Source: a virus. Taken from it: 64,000 nt of DNA. This document shows positions 26,910 to 37,330 of this stretch, one piece after another. The position numbers were made by a program, and so were the translations under genes. Location of the stretch: the IMG/VR virus record IMGVR_UViG_3300042691_040117, positions 6,921-70,920 of that record, one strand, 5' to 3'. Positions within the stretch are counted from its first letter, which is position 1. Every line of letters starts with the position of its first letter. The notes beneath the pieces were generated by a model. That model made no database searches, had not been told where the DNA came from, and saw nothing but the letters and a program-made list of their open reading frames with translations.

Positions 26910-27716
26910 TTAAAATCCTAAATGTTTATCTCTAACAAAATTTAAATCATAAAAAGTATAACTTAAAGGAAGATCCTTTAGAGCTTGATTATTAAATGGA
27001 ATATCATAAGTAACTGTTTCTCTATTAGGACCCCAAGATCCCGCAGTATCGTGCCAATTTGATCCCCATTTGTGGTACATGTAGTATTCATTTTGAAGTC
27101 GACTGTGATCCAATTTTTCTCGCAATGAAGGGTCAATTCTCCAAGTTTGAGATCCTGTTGTATCGTAAGTGTTTTCTCCTTCTCCATGAAAATAAGAAAG
27201 ACCTGCGCTGATTGTTTTAATATCAGCATTACTACATCGAATATAATAATCAACGTCTTCAACATAAGCTGGATAACAATTCTCATCAAACAGTCCAACT
27301 TTTTGAACAACCCAATCTTTCAATAAAAAAAGATCATAAGACATCGATGAATTTGCAAAAACAATTCCAGTTTCCGGATCTTCGGCATTCTCAATAAAAC
27401 TTTTTAAAAATCCAGAAGTAAAAGAAACATCATTATTTACAATCATCCAATAAGGAGCATTCATGTAGCATTTAATTATTAAATTCCATGCTCCAGAAAC
27501 TCCTATATTTGCAGGAAGATGACAAACTTTAATATTTTTAATATAGTAATAGTTTATCTTGCAAAGATTATCTAATTCTTCTGTTAGTTCTCCCCTACCA
27601 TTATTATTAATGATGATTAAATTATCAACTGGATAATCAATACTAGAAACTAATCTCTGTATCCATTTGAATCCATTAACAATAGGAACTCCAATTACAG
27701 GTATAGAATCTAACAT
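26910..27716 (-). CDS. Glycosyltransferase family 2-like
   Basis: IIINNN, NIGVSGAWN, IVNNDV, VGLFDENCYPAYVEDVDY. Confidence 0.85.
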   Translation of the reverse strand: MLDSIPVIGVPIVNGFKWIQRLVSSIDYPVDNLIIINNNGRGELTEELDNLCKINYYYIKNIKVCHLPANIGVSGAWNLIIKCYMNAPYWMIVNNDVSFTSGFLKSFIENAEDPETGIVFANSSMSYDLFLLKDWVVQKVGLFDENCYPAYVEDVDYYIRCSNADIKTISAGLSYFHGEGENTYDTTGSQTWRIDPSLREKLDHSRLQNEYYMYHKWGSNWHDTAGSWGPNRETVTYDIPFNNQALKDLPLSYTFYDLNFVRDKHLGF

Positions 27717-30700
27717 TTTTGGTCGTTCTTCTTAATTCTGTCTAGATTATCCTTAACTGATTTTCTATAATCTTCAGTCATCTCATAATTATCTAGAAGA
27801 TCTTTAAAAATTGCTCTAGTCTGGTCTCCTTTACCCCACCAGTATCCAGATATGGCCTTCTCGAATAACAATCCACACTTACCAGGATATTCAACTTCAC
27901 TTATCAAAGGTTGAACATCGAAATCACAGATGTCAAGTGCCAAAGAAGCATACTTATAGGAATCATTCCACTGCTGTCTTCTTTCATGAAATCTTGCAAG
28001 TAAAAAGTATGCTTCCGGACGTTTCGGCATTAGGCACAATGCTTGCTGTAGGAGAGAAACTGCAGTGCCATCACGAGTTCCTTGTCTATCATATGAATGA
28101 TGAGATTTTATCAGTGCTTCATATGCAAGATTATCATCCTCTGCTCTTTCTGCACACCTTAAAAAGTATGTAAGTGAAGGTGCAGTATGTCCTTCTTTTT
28201 CATACCATAAACCAAGATCAAAATTTCTTTCCGGATTTTCAGTATCAAGAGAGAACTTTGTTAGAAGTTCTTCTATGTCAGTTTGATTAATTTCCTGATC
28301 TTTTTTCTTTGGATTGGGAACTCTTGGAATTAAAGTTTTTGGAATCTTTTTAGAAACTTCAGATCCAACGGGCAATAAAAACTTCTTAACTTTAGGAAGA
28401 TCAAAAATAGCCTGAGGTAAATCTTCTAGAGGATATGGTTTCATAATATAATCATTCATGCCCGATGGGCAAATTTGACCCTCAACATGCTCATAATTAA
28501 GCATAAAATCTTTCATTTCATCACTGGAATAGTTCTTGTGATTGAGGAAATCAAAATTCCAATCAGCATGGCAGAATGATTTTGCTTTATTTAATCTATT
28601 TTCATTCGACCCCATCCAACTAAAGTGCCATCCAAGATCAGTCATTCTTCTTCCATGCTCATATGATCCTCCAGGAGTCCATCCACCTTCACTATAAGGC
28701 CATACAATGGGGAAGGGATTAAATTCATCAGCGCGGATGTATGTGAATCCTATTTTTTCTGCTTGTTTCTTCATACAAACAAACAAAGAGTACCTCCATT
28801 CTCTGGGTTCGCCAGTTTCTATGTGGTATGATCTCATATCAGCACGACCTTCAAGATGTACCAAATCAACCTTATAGATGTTGTTTGGATGTGTCCTTGC
28901 CAGTTCATGTAACATAGAAATATGTTGAGGATCTAGTATTTCGTCGCAATCGGATACAATAAACATTGTATCGTCATCGAAATCATTAGTCTTTAAACAT
29001 CTTGCAAGAGCATTTCTATGAACCTTCTCTCTAGATTGTTTTGTTGCTTCTTGACTCCACTTCTTTTCATATGGAGTAGCTCCACCCAATGCAGACTCAG
29101 AAAGATCAACTTCAATGACCTCGATAATATCTTCAGGAAGTCCCAATTCCTTTATAGTATTCTTAAGAGTGTATTCTTTTGGTATTCCACTATGAGTATA
29201 GTTTGCATCCGCAATAACAAACTTATCAACATAATCCTTAAGGATGTTAATCCTTAATTCTAATAGTTCTTTCTCGTTGAAGTAAATAAAACAATCTACT
29301 ACATTTTTTTTAGAATTTTCTAATACTTCCGTTACTTGACCAGACATAAGTTCTTCTATAGTTACATGTTTACCATTGTTTTTCCACCAATTATGTACAT
29401 ACTCGGAAGCATAAACATGATTCGGTTTTTGCCCATCTTCTAATTCAAGATCATTCACATCTGTGGTTGGAACTTCCACATTTTCAACAAACATAGGAAA
29501 TGTATACACCCTACCCACGCCAGTGAATAAAATGTTTTCTCCAATCGGCATTACATCCTGGTCCTTAAGTTCAAGATGGAATGTATCACCAATACAATAA
29601 CTATCGATTAGTTTTTTGGCATACTCACGGGTCATTATGTAAGCAGTTTCAGACCAGTCATCCCACTTTCGATCTCTGAAATAGACTCCATCAAAGTCAC
29701 CACGAATTGCCATTAACTGAACACATTCACAATCTTCTGGAAGTCTTTCAATAAACTCTTCCCACTTAAAGTTCCAATAATCTACAGTCTTAAGACTTAA
29801 ATCATCCTCACAGAAGAATGCATAATCAGAACTACTTGTTTCATACCAGTGCTTAATTGCTTTCAGGTGCGAAACAATACAACCCTGTGTTGGACCAGTG
29901 AGTTGATAAAGATACTTTCCAGTAACTTTATCATTAGAATCAGCATAGCGTTTGGAAATCATGGCAGTAGGAGTAATTCCATACCTACCAAACTCATCTT
30001 CGATTAACTTCTGCCTATCAACACAGTCTTCTAGAGTTACATAGTAAACTGGAGGAAAATTTTCTAAATTATTCATTTCAGTAGCAATATACTTTTGTGG
30101 GGTTAGTTGTTTAATATTCCATTTAGTTTTTTGTTGAACATAATATTCAGTAACTTTAGAAAAATACTTTTTATTATGTTGGATGTGATACTGTGCTATT
30201 GCATATTCTAATTGATATTTTAAAGTATCACCACTATATTGGGATGAAAGATTTCTTTCATATTGGGAGAACATATCTTCATTTTCTCCCCTAAAGTGCT
30301 CAAATCTTTTAGAATCTGGATGAGGTATATGAATTAAATTGTGGTCGTATACAAGTTTATTATGCTTTAATCCCATCAACTCCAAACGCATCTGGAGTTC
30401 TTCATCTTCATATCCATAAAACTCACCTAAATCTTCATTATATCCTCCAACCTTTTCAAAGTTTTCCCGTGTAATATGAAGAAGACCAATCAAAGATTTG
30501 AAGTATGCATTATGAACATTGGCATACATCATAATATCATCAAAATTCATCTCATAGACATTATCATTTAGATATTCTATTTTACGAGCACCAGATTGAA
30601 AACAAGTTTCATCTATCTTATATGATTCAAAGAAATTATAATATGGATTAATGATATAGTCAATATCAAACTTCATGATCGAGTCTCCAGTTGCAAGACT

Positions 30701-30922
30701 CGCAGCCAAATTTAAAGGTTGTGGTTGATTAAAAAATGTTTTATTAGGAACTGTTACTACCTTAATTCTAGAGTCGAGTTCTGTTAAATAATCTAATGAT
30801 TCATCAGAACTCCAATCGACAATAATAATTTCTTTGATCTCATCAAAATTCAACCAGGATTGAAGAGATACTTTTAGAGTTTTATTTCTGTTTTTACATG
30901 CACAAATTAATGAAACGTTCAT
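27710..30922 (-). CDS. Multidomain glycosyltransferase: GT7/GT2-like + GT25-like + GT17-like + TPR
   Basis: VGGYNE...YGYEDEEL (GT7 C-terminus); GCIVSHLKAI..FCEDDL (GT25); DCFIYFNEKELLELRI..SDCDEI..GWHFSW (GT17); P.RPEAYFLLAR (TPR). Confidence 0.8.
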   Translation of the reverse strand: MNVSLICACKNRNKTLKVSLQSWLNFDEIKEIIIVDWSSDESLDYLTELDSRIKVVTVPNKTFFNQPQPLNLAASLATGDSIMKFDIDYIINPYYNFFESYKIDETCFQSGARKIEYLNDNVYEMNFDDIMMYANVHNAYFKSLIGLLHITRENFEKVGGYNEDLGEFYGYEDEELQMRLELMGLKHNKLVYDHNLIHIPHPDSKRFEHFRGENEDMFSQYERNLSSQYSGDTLKYQLEYAIAQYHIQHNKKYFSKVTEYYVQQKTKWNIKQLTPQKYIATEMNNLENFPPVYYVTLEDCVDRQKLIEDEFGRYGITPTAMISKRYADSNDKVTGKYLYQLTGPTQGCIVSHLKAIKHWYETSSSDYAFFCEDDLSLKTVDYWNFKWEEFIERLPEDCECVQLMAIRGDFDGVYFRDRKWDDWSETAYIMTREYAKKLIDSYCIGDTFHLELKDQDVMPIGENILFTGVGRVYTFPMFVENVEVPTTDVNDLELEDGQKPNHVYASEYVHNWWKNNGKHVTIEELMSGQVTEVLENSKKNVVDCFIYFNEKELLELRINILKDYVDKFVIADANYTHSGIPKEYTLKNTIKELGLPEDIIEVIEVDLSESALGGATPYEKKWSQEATKQSREKVHRNALARCLKTNDFDDDTMFIVSDCDEILDPQHISMLHELARTHPNNIYKVDLVHLEGRADMRSYHIETGEPREWRYSLFVCMKKQAEKIGFTYIRADEFNPFPIVWPYSEGGWTPGGSYEHGRRMTDLGWHFSWMGSNENRLNKAKSFCHADWNFDFLNHKNYSSDEMKDFMLNYEHVEGQICPSGMNDYIMKPYPLEDLPQAIFDLPKVKKFLLPVGSEVSKKIPKTLIPRVPNPKKKDQEINQTDIEELLTKFSLDTENPERNFDLGLWYEKEGHTAPSLTYFLRCAERAEDDNLAYEALIKSHHSYDRQGTRDGTAVSLLQQALCLMPKRPEAYFLLARFHERRQQWNDSYKYASLALDICDFDVQPLISEVEYPGKCGLLFEKAISGYWWGKGDQTRAIFKDLLDNYEMTEDYRKSVKDNLDRIKKNDQKC

Positions 30923-31383
30923 TTGATCCTCCCAACATAATCACTACAGATTCCAAAACAGTTATAAACTTTTAGATCTGATAAAGTATCTATATCCATA
31001 TTCCACTCGGGCATTACAATTACAGATCTGGGTGTATAAGATTTTCCAGGATAAGTCCAAATATATTTTTTACTAGTTAAAGTATAATCGTCTTCTTGAT
31101 GCCAAAAGTAATTAAACCCACTAGTACCATAAGAAAATTCATAAAGAGCTTCAATATTCTTACAATGAATCCAAAGAAAATCTTTGTATTTTGACAACCA
31201 AAACCAATCAATAACATATTGAGGTTCATCATGTCCAAGATATAATTTTTTATCAAAAGTATCATACCTAATATCAATTTCAACATTAAATCCCTCCAAC
31301 ATTGCCTTTTCAATGTATTCAGGTCTGTTCTCTTCTAATGGATTCGAACCGTCAATATTACCCCGGTGTGAAATCAGTTTCAT
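30919..31383 (-). CDS. Glycerophosphodiester phosphodiesterase-like protein
   Basis: ISHRGN...EN...GFNVEIDI...LGHD...WIHCKN...GICSDY. Confidence 0.75.
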   Translation of the reverse strand: MKLISHRGNIDGSNPLEENRPEYIEKAMLEGFNVEIDIRYDTFDKKLYLGHDEPQYVIDWFWLSKYKDFLWIHCKNIEALYEFSYGTSGFNYFWHQEDDYTLTSKKYIWTYPGKSYTPRSVIVMPEWNMDIDTLSDLKVYNCFGICSDYVGRIK

Positions 31384-32017
31384 TTTCAATTACCCAAAAA
31401 CGACGAGCATGACCATCTGCAACTTTACTGTCCCTATCTTCCCAATCATAGTGATGAGCACCACCATTCAATCTACTATTACAATGTTTTACAAATTTAC
31501 AGTTGCTTTCTTTTAAAATATTTTCAACATAAGATGTTGATGGGGCACCACCCTTATTCGATAAAGATTGATCATTCCCCGATTCAGATCTAAAAAATAT
31601 TTCAGATTCGAAAGAGTCATGAACAACAGTTTCAAAGAACATAAGATTGCAATTATTAATACAATTAATGAGATGCTCCTTATGATAATTTTCAAGATGA
31701 TAGTACAAACCAAAGTTAATTATTACATCATACTTTCCAAAAATCCACTCTGGAGTGTCCAAATCACGACATTCAACTTTCAATAAAGGATAGTCATTTT
31801 TAATTATAGATACATTTTCAGATCTTCCTTCAATAGAAGTTACATCAGATTCTAAAACTTCTGCAAAGTAGTTACCAATGTATCCATTAAATGATCCTAA
31901 CTCAAGAATCTTTTTACCTTTAAAAAAGTCTGGAGAATGTAAACTTAATATAAATTCTATCCGATTGTGCTGCCATTCGGAATGATAAGTCGATGGCTTT
32001 GAATTAGTTTCTTTCAT
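31358..32017 (-). CDS. Class I SAM-dependent methyltransferase
   Basis: KILELGSFNG, IEGR, YDVIINFGLYYHL. Confidence 0.85.
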   Translation of the reverse strand: MKETNSKPSTYHSEWQHNRIEFILSLHSPDFFKGKKILELGSFNGYIGNYFAEVLESDVTSIEGRSENVSIIKNDYPLLKVECRDLDTPEWIFGKYDVIINFGLYYHLENYHKEHLINCINNCNLMFFETVVHDSFESEIFFRSESGNDQSLSNKGGAPSTSYVENILKESNCKFVKHCNSRLNGGAHHYDWEDRDSKVADGHARRFWVIENETDFTPG

Positions 32018-33377
32018 AGTTACTTAAGAAGTATTTTAAATCTTCGGGAGTTCCAAGACCCCACATTTTTTGAATTTCTTTTACCCTAATCTTCTTTCCG
32101 GATTGAATTGCCTCATTAAAAACAGGGCAAACATAGAACTCATTATTAGTCCTAATATCCTTTTCAATCATCTGCTCTGCATATTTAACATAGTCAGATC
32201 CTTTCTTCCAGAAATAGATTCCGACAGTTGCATTATCACTGATTGGTTTCTTCTCTGCCACCTCTGAAACAAATCCATCATCACCAATCTTTGCATAAGA
32301 CCATTTAGGATGTGTTGCCTTAAAGGTGACAATACCACCATCAATACCGTCAGCATTGAATGCATAGAGGCATTCATTACTGTTCCACTCTACAAACTGG
32401 TCAGAGTTTGCCATTATCAATGGTGCATCATTATTAATGAACTCCTTGGCAAGGAGGGTTGTACAGGCAGCACCTTCAGTTATTCCATCAACCTGAACAA
32501 TATTGCAATTAGGCGCAATCAGATTTAGTAGGTATTGAAGACTATATTTTTCGTAGTGTTCTTTTTGAACAATAAAAGTATAGTTTGCTTCAATGTTCAA
32601 ATTTTCAACCACAACTTGAATCATTGGTTTACCATCAACTTCAATCAATGGTTTAGGAAATGTGTATCCAGCACTGGCAAATCTACTGCCAGCACCTGCC
32701 ATAGGAATAAGGACATTCATTTTATCAGATTTCCAAGGAACAATAGTTAATTTTTTAGCGGCAAAGATTTTAAAAGTCTTATTGATTTTTTCTTGAGTTA
32801 GGTCATGTCTATTTTCAATTGCAATTAGGTGAGCACAACTATCGATTGCACCTTGCCTGCCGATATGACTATCTTCAAAGATGACAGTATCTTTTGGAAG
32901 TGCATTACAAGCAGTCATACATTTCCAATACATTTCTGGAAATGGTTTATTTCTTACAACATCTTCATTACTTACATAGTAATCAACAAATTCCAATACT
33001 CCTAATTTGAGTAAAACTAATTTAACAGTATTGCGAATACTGTTACTTGCAACTGCAACTTGATATCCTCTCTGCTTTAGTTGCTGAAAATAGTGCATCA
33101 ACTCATAATCATTTTCTAGATCAGAAAAAATTTCAAGAGTTGCTTTCTGTTTATCCTGCCAGATTTGTTGATGCTTTTCTACAGGTAGACTCTTCTTTTC
33201 AGTAAGTATAGCAAGCTTTCTTGAAGTGGGAAGACCGTCATAAACGCTTAGATGTTCTTCAATACCAATTACATATTCATTTCCAACGTTTCTTAATGCA
33301 GTATTCAGTGCATCATAATGCATCTCCCTACTATCAATAAGAACTCCATCAAGATCAAAAATTACTAATTTATTCAC
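32004..33377 (-). CDS. HAD phosphatase fused to a sugar-phosphate nucleotidyltransferase-like domain
   Basis: IFDLDGVL, KPFPE, FEDS..G (HAD); IPMAGAGSRF...PKPLI, EKKPISDNATVG, NNEFYV, LGTPEDL. Confidence 0.9.
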   Translation of the reverse strand: MNKLVIFDLDGVLIDSREMHYDALNTALRNVGNEYVIGIEEHLSVYDGLPTSRKLAILTEKKSLPVEKHQQIWQDKQKATLEIFSDLENDYELMHYFQQLKQRGYQVAVASNSIRNTVKLVLLKLGVLEFVDYYVSNEDVVRNKPFPEMYWKCMTACNALPKDTVIFEDSHIGRQGAIDSCAHLIAIENRHDLTQEKINKTFKIFAAKKLTIVPWKSDKMNVLIPMAGAGSRFASAGYTFPKPLIEVDGKPMIQVVVENLNIEANYTFIVQKEHYEKYSLQYLLNLIAPNCNIVQVDGITEGAACTTLLAKEFINNDAPLIMANSDQFVEWNSNECLYAFNADGIDGGIVTFKATHPKWSYAKIGDDGFVSEVAEKKPISDNATVGIYFWKKGSDYVKYAEQMIEKDIRTNNEFYVCPVFNEAIQSGKKIRVKEIQKMWGLGTPEDLKYFLSNYERN

Positions 33378-33404
33378 GTTTTAAATTCCTCTCATTTATG
33401 TATG

Positions 33405-34307
33405 CTAAAAAAATCTGCTCACTAATTTTTTAGTTGTTAAATTCTTTTTAGTATAAGAAAACAGATATTCATTATAGTCTTCATAATCAGAGGGAATTTG
33501 CCCTTTCCATGAATATTTGTTTGTTTCTAGTACCATATACTTGGGAAAATCTGTAAGAATTGTTCCGGGACAATTTTCTAGATCATAAAAATATGGAATG
33601 GTTCTGTTTGCAAGAATCTCATAGTGCCTCATACAATCCCATCCCATTTTCTTACATGTAAATCCATAAAAAGCACTGGCATACGCATCATAATATTCTT
33701 TCTCATTATCAAATGTATATTTTTTTGGATCACTATGAAAACCTGGAATTGGACTTTTGATTTTTGATGGAAAAATTTCTTCTTTTTTTGTCGAAGTTGT
33801 TCTTAATATACCTTCAGGTATGGCAAAAGAGATTGGATTCCCATACACATAATCAGTTAATTCTCTTTTCCAAACAATACCATACTGATCTAGATTATAT
33901 TCTTGTGAAAAATGAGTAATATCATCAGATCCATCAACGAAATGAACTTTTGATCTAGGATAATGAGATCTAACTTCATCGAGATAATCTAAACATTGCC
34001 TATCACAGATCATAAAATGCGTATAGACGCATCCATAAATGATCACATCATAAAATTTTGATCTTATCTTATCAATTATAACATGAGGAGGATCAATCTG
34101 AGGTTTGTGATTCATTCTCCCATAAAGAGTAAATCCCCTACCATATAGACCGCGAAGTTCTTGTCCGGATTGTTCCTCATAATCACTCATCATGTATCCA
34201 GGATAATGAGTTTCATATACATCAACGCCCGAATCAATTAATCCATGATAAATGCAGTCGGCAAGGTATTCATTATATGAAAATGAAAAAACAAATAGTA
34301 CTTTCAC
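33405..34307 (-). CDS. GT-B-like glycosyltransferase
   Basis: YLAD..YHG, FVDGSD, KREL, PISFAIP, T.KK.GWDCMRHYEILAN..IPYF. Confidence 0.65.
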   Translation of the reverse strand: MKVLFVFSFSYNEYLADCIYHGLIDSGVDVYETHYPGYMMSDYEEQSGQELRGLYGRGFTLYGRMNHKPQIDPPHVIIDKIRSKFYDVIIYGCVYTHFMICDRQCLDYLDEVRSHYPRSKVHFVDGSDDITHFSQEYNLDQYGIVWKRELTDYVYGNPISFAIPEGILRTTSTKKEEIFPSKIKSPIPGFHSDPKKYTFDNEKEYYDAYASAFYGFTCKKMGWDCMRHYEILANRTIPYFYDLENCPGTILTDFPKYMVLETNKYSWKGQIPSDYEDYNEYLFSYTKKNLTTKKLVSRFF

Positions 34308-34978
34308 AAATCTCCCCCATTAATATAGATTTGAAATTCAAATCTTTGAGTAGAAACACCATTCCTAGATAGATAATCTCTTAAAAATCTTTCTGGGTTG
34401 TAAGATCCATCTTGCAATTTATCAATCTTATTAAAAAGATTTGAATAGATGTTCATCTGTTTGGAAGGGCCGATTGCAAATTGATCGTTTACCCCAGCCC
34501 AATCTTTTCCCAATGGAATTTGAACCTCATTTATATTTTCATCGAGGATTAAATCTTTATCACGGAAATCACTATCAAATCTCATACGAATAACTTTATC
34601 AAATAAAATTTTATTTTTTCTCTCATACTTACGTTTGAGTTGATTGGATTTAAAAATAGAATAGTACATACTCATAACACCAATATCAGCTCTACCTTCA
34701 AATGAAAATTCTAAATTTTCATACATAAATTTAAATTTTTTTCTTTTAATGTTATAGTTTTCTATTAAGATATCATCTGCATTATACTCTGAAAGAATAT
34801 TTAAGTCAACTAGACCAGAACTTCCACTAAAACTATCTGAATGATAGTCCACATTACTTTTGATTTTCCAAGTATGAATAAAAACTTTTAGATAATCATT
34901 GGGATAAATTCTTTTAAGGCTTTCTAAAGATTTTTCAGGATGTTTAATTGCTCCAGATAAACAAACTGCTACTTTCAT
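34304..34978 (-). CDS. Putative glycosyltransferase (MKVAVCLSG family), paralog 1
   Basis: VAVCLSG, VFIHTW, MYYSI, DKVIRMRFD, NDQFAIG, NPE. Confidence 0.6.
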   Translation of the reverse strand: MKVAVCLSGAIKHPEKSLESLKRIYPNDYLKVFIHTWKIKSNVDYHSDSFSGSSGLVDLNILSEYNADDILIENYNIKRKKFKFMYENLEFSFEGRADIGVMSMYYSIFKSNQLKRKYERKNKILFDKVIRMRFDSDFRDKDLILDENINEVQIPLGKDWAGVNDQFAIGPSKQMNIYSNLFNKIDKLQDGSYNPERFLRDYLSRNGVSTQRFEFQIYINGGDL

Positions 34979-34993
34979 TACCTAAAACTTTTA

Positions 34994-35671
34994 TTATCCA
35001 TTATTTATTGCAACGTCAAAATCAAACCTATGCACTCCTTTGTTTTTAAGAGGATTTCTATCAAAGTAGGTTATCAATAATCTTTCTGGATTATATTCCA
35101 TATCTTTAAGATCCTCAAGTTTATTGAAAACATTACAGTAATGATCCATATCTTCCGAAGGACCCACAGCGAACTGATCATTAATTCCGGCATAATCATT
35201 TCCGGATGGGATCTGAATGCAGTCTGGACTTTCATTTAATATTAAATCTTTATCTTTAAAATCACTATCGAATCTCATACGAACAACTCTATCAAAAATC
35301 ATATTGTTTTTGATTTCATATGAAATTTTTAATTGATTACTTTTAAAGAGTGTATAATACATACTGATAAGTCCAACATCTTTTCTATGAGATTCTTTAA
35401 ACTGTAAAGTATCAAACATATCCTGAAAGATATGTCTCTTTTCAGTGTAATTTTCTATTAAAATATCTTCATATTGATACTCTGATAAGACATCGATTCC
35501 AGAAAGACCCATTTTTCCACTGAAACTATCTCTACCATATTCTTTAATGTTTTCAATTTCCCAAGTGTGAATAAAGACTTTTATAAAATCATTAGGATAA
35601 ATCTTTTTAATACTTGCCAAAGATTTTTCAGGATATTTAATTGCTCCAGATAAACAAACTGCTATTTTCAT
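34994..35671 (-). CDS. Putative glycosyltransferase (MKIAVCLSG family), paralog 2
   Basis: Same motifs as the neighbouring gene. Confidence 0.6.
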   Translation of the reverse strand: MKIAVCLSGAIKYPEKSLASIKKIYPNDFIKVFIHTWEIENIKEYGRDSFSGKMGLSGIDVLSEYQYEDILIENYTEKRHIFQDMFDTLQFKESHRKDVGLISMYYTLFKSNQLKISYEIKNNMIFDRVVRMRFDSDFKDKDLILNESPDCIQIPSGNDYAGINDQFAVGPSEDMDHYCNVFNKLEDLKDMEYNPERLLITYFDRNPLKNKGVHRFDFDVAINNG

Positions 35672-36282
35672 TATCGTGAGAATATAACGTTTACTTCATT
35701 ATCAAAACTATCATTACTTTGAACTTCATTAATTTGAAATCCATTGGTCTTCAAAAAATCAACCACAGAATCTAAATCATTATCAACATCTTTGTATAAA
35801 CTATTCTGTTTTACGCATTCTATTTTACCAGAATTTAAAAATCCAATGTATTCACCAAAAGATTTTAAAACTTTCAAATCATTTCCTTGAGTATCACAAT
35901 GAAGATAATCAATTTTAGCAATGTGCGCTTCCTTTATAAAGGTATCCATTCTGATTATATCAACATCTATCTTTTGAGTTACTTCAAAATCTTGTCTACC
36001 AGGCCAAGTTTGATCTAGATTATCAGAAAACTCATAAAGAGAACTACATCCAAACAATGAACCATCTGTCAAAGATGGGTCTTGTTTGGCAATATTAAAA
36101 GATGCAGTTCCATCAAAATCAGAAACTGCCTTTTGGATTATAAAATAATTTATTGATTGTAAAGGCAACAAATAAGTCTCAACCAATTGTGGGATTGGTT
36201 CAAATGCATATATTATATTTGTTTCCGAAATATATTCTTTGGTAGATTCTCCAGTATTTGCACCAACATCAAAAATTATCAT
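35671..36282 (-). CDS. FkbM-family methyltransferase
   Basis: IFDVGANTG, YAFEP, KAVSD, IDYLHCDTQGNDL.VL. Confidence 0.9.
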   Translation of the reverse strand: MIIFDVGANTGESTKEYISETNIIYAFEPIPQLVETYLLPLQSINYFIIQKAVSDFDGTASFNIAKQDPSLTDGSLFGCSSLYEFSDNLDQTWPGRQDFEVTQKIDVDIIRMDTFIKEAHIAKIDYLHCDTQGNDLKVLKSFGEYIGFLNSGKIECVKQNSLYKDVDNDLDSVVDFLKTNGFQINEVQSNDSFDNEVNVIFSR

Positions 36283-37268
36283 GGTTCAAAAATAAATCTT
36301 TTAACAAATTCTTGCGGTACTCGAAGAAGAAAAGCAGCATTGTCCTGATAACCAAACGTAATTAGATAATCATCTTTATATGCAGTCATTCCAACTGCGA
36401 ATTCTATCTCACCATTTAAGAAAGAAAACTGCTTGGAAACTTTAACAATATCCCAATCATCATCCCAAACAACAAATCGGTGACGATATACTCCATCCTT
36501 TCTATCTTGCTCACTTCTAGTCAAATACGTTTCATGATTAAGACAAAATCTATGCTCATCATCTAAAGGAATAACTTGAGATCCTCCACGAAGATCTATG
36601 CAATTAAGATTTCTCCATCCTGTTAATTTATATTGTTCTGTTGTGCCATCATTAATATTAAACTTAACGATTTCTGTCCCATTAGTCCACTTGATAAAAT
36701 GGAATGGCATGTCAACAATAGGCATCCAATTCTTTTCACAATAGGATCCTCCATTAACATCATGACCTGGAATAGGAATTCGATATTGACTAATTTCTTT
36801 TACGCCATCTTCTGTAATTTCAATTTCAGACAGTTCCATTCTTCCAGTACCGATAGTGTCCAGATCTCTACGGACACCACAGATATATAATTTACCATCC
36901 CAACGAACAATCCTACAGTCCTCTAGACCAACAAACTCCCAAAGCTCTTTGTCAGGGAATTTTGAAGTATCAATATGATGATATCTCTTAATTCTCATAT
37001 TTTCATCCATTTCGCACATAATATTTTTAGTGCGAAGACGACAATCGTTCTCTGGGTGAATATAAACTAGGGGACCCCAGTGATGTTCAAACTTCTTCTT
37101 TTCGGAATGATATAGAGTATAGTTAATATTTCTGAGATTGACCAAGATCTTGTCACCATCCAGATATATCGATGGATTAGTTAGAGCAGGACCTTTCAAC
37201 TCTTTTGATGGAATGACTAATGGATGAATACTACCACCATTTTCTATGGCAAGCTTTACAAAATTCAT
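36279..37268 (-). CDS. Five-bladed beta-propeller glycosidase/transglycosylase-like (GH130-like) protein
   Basis: NPSI, GLEDCRI, EKNWMP, LRGGS, YRHRFV, IEFAVG, ITFGYQD. Confidence 0.7.
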   Translation of the reverse strand: MNFVKLAIENGGSIHPLVIPSKELKGPALTNPSIYLDGDKILVNLRNINYTLYHSEKKKFEHHWGPLVYIHPENDCRLRTKNIMCEMDENMRIKRYHHIDTSKFPDKELWEFVGLEDCRIVRWDGKLYICGVRRDLDTIGTGRMELSEIEITEDGVKEISQYRIPIPGHDVNGGSYCEKNWMPIVDMPFHFIKWTNGTEIVKFNINDGTTEQYKLTGWRNLNCIDLRGGSQVIPLDDEHRFCLNHETYLTRSEQDRKDGVYRHRFVVWDDDWDIVKVSKQFSFLNGEIEFAVGMTAYKDDYLITFGYQDNAAFLLRVPQEFVKRFIFEP

Positions 37269-37330
37269 ATGAATTATTAAAAAGGTTTCATTGTGGATAT
37301 TTATTAGTTATATTATAGCATGTTTTTTAA

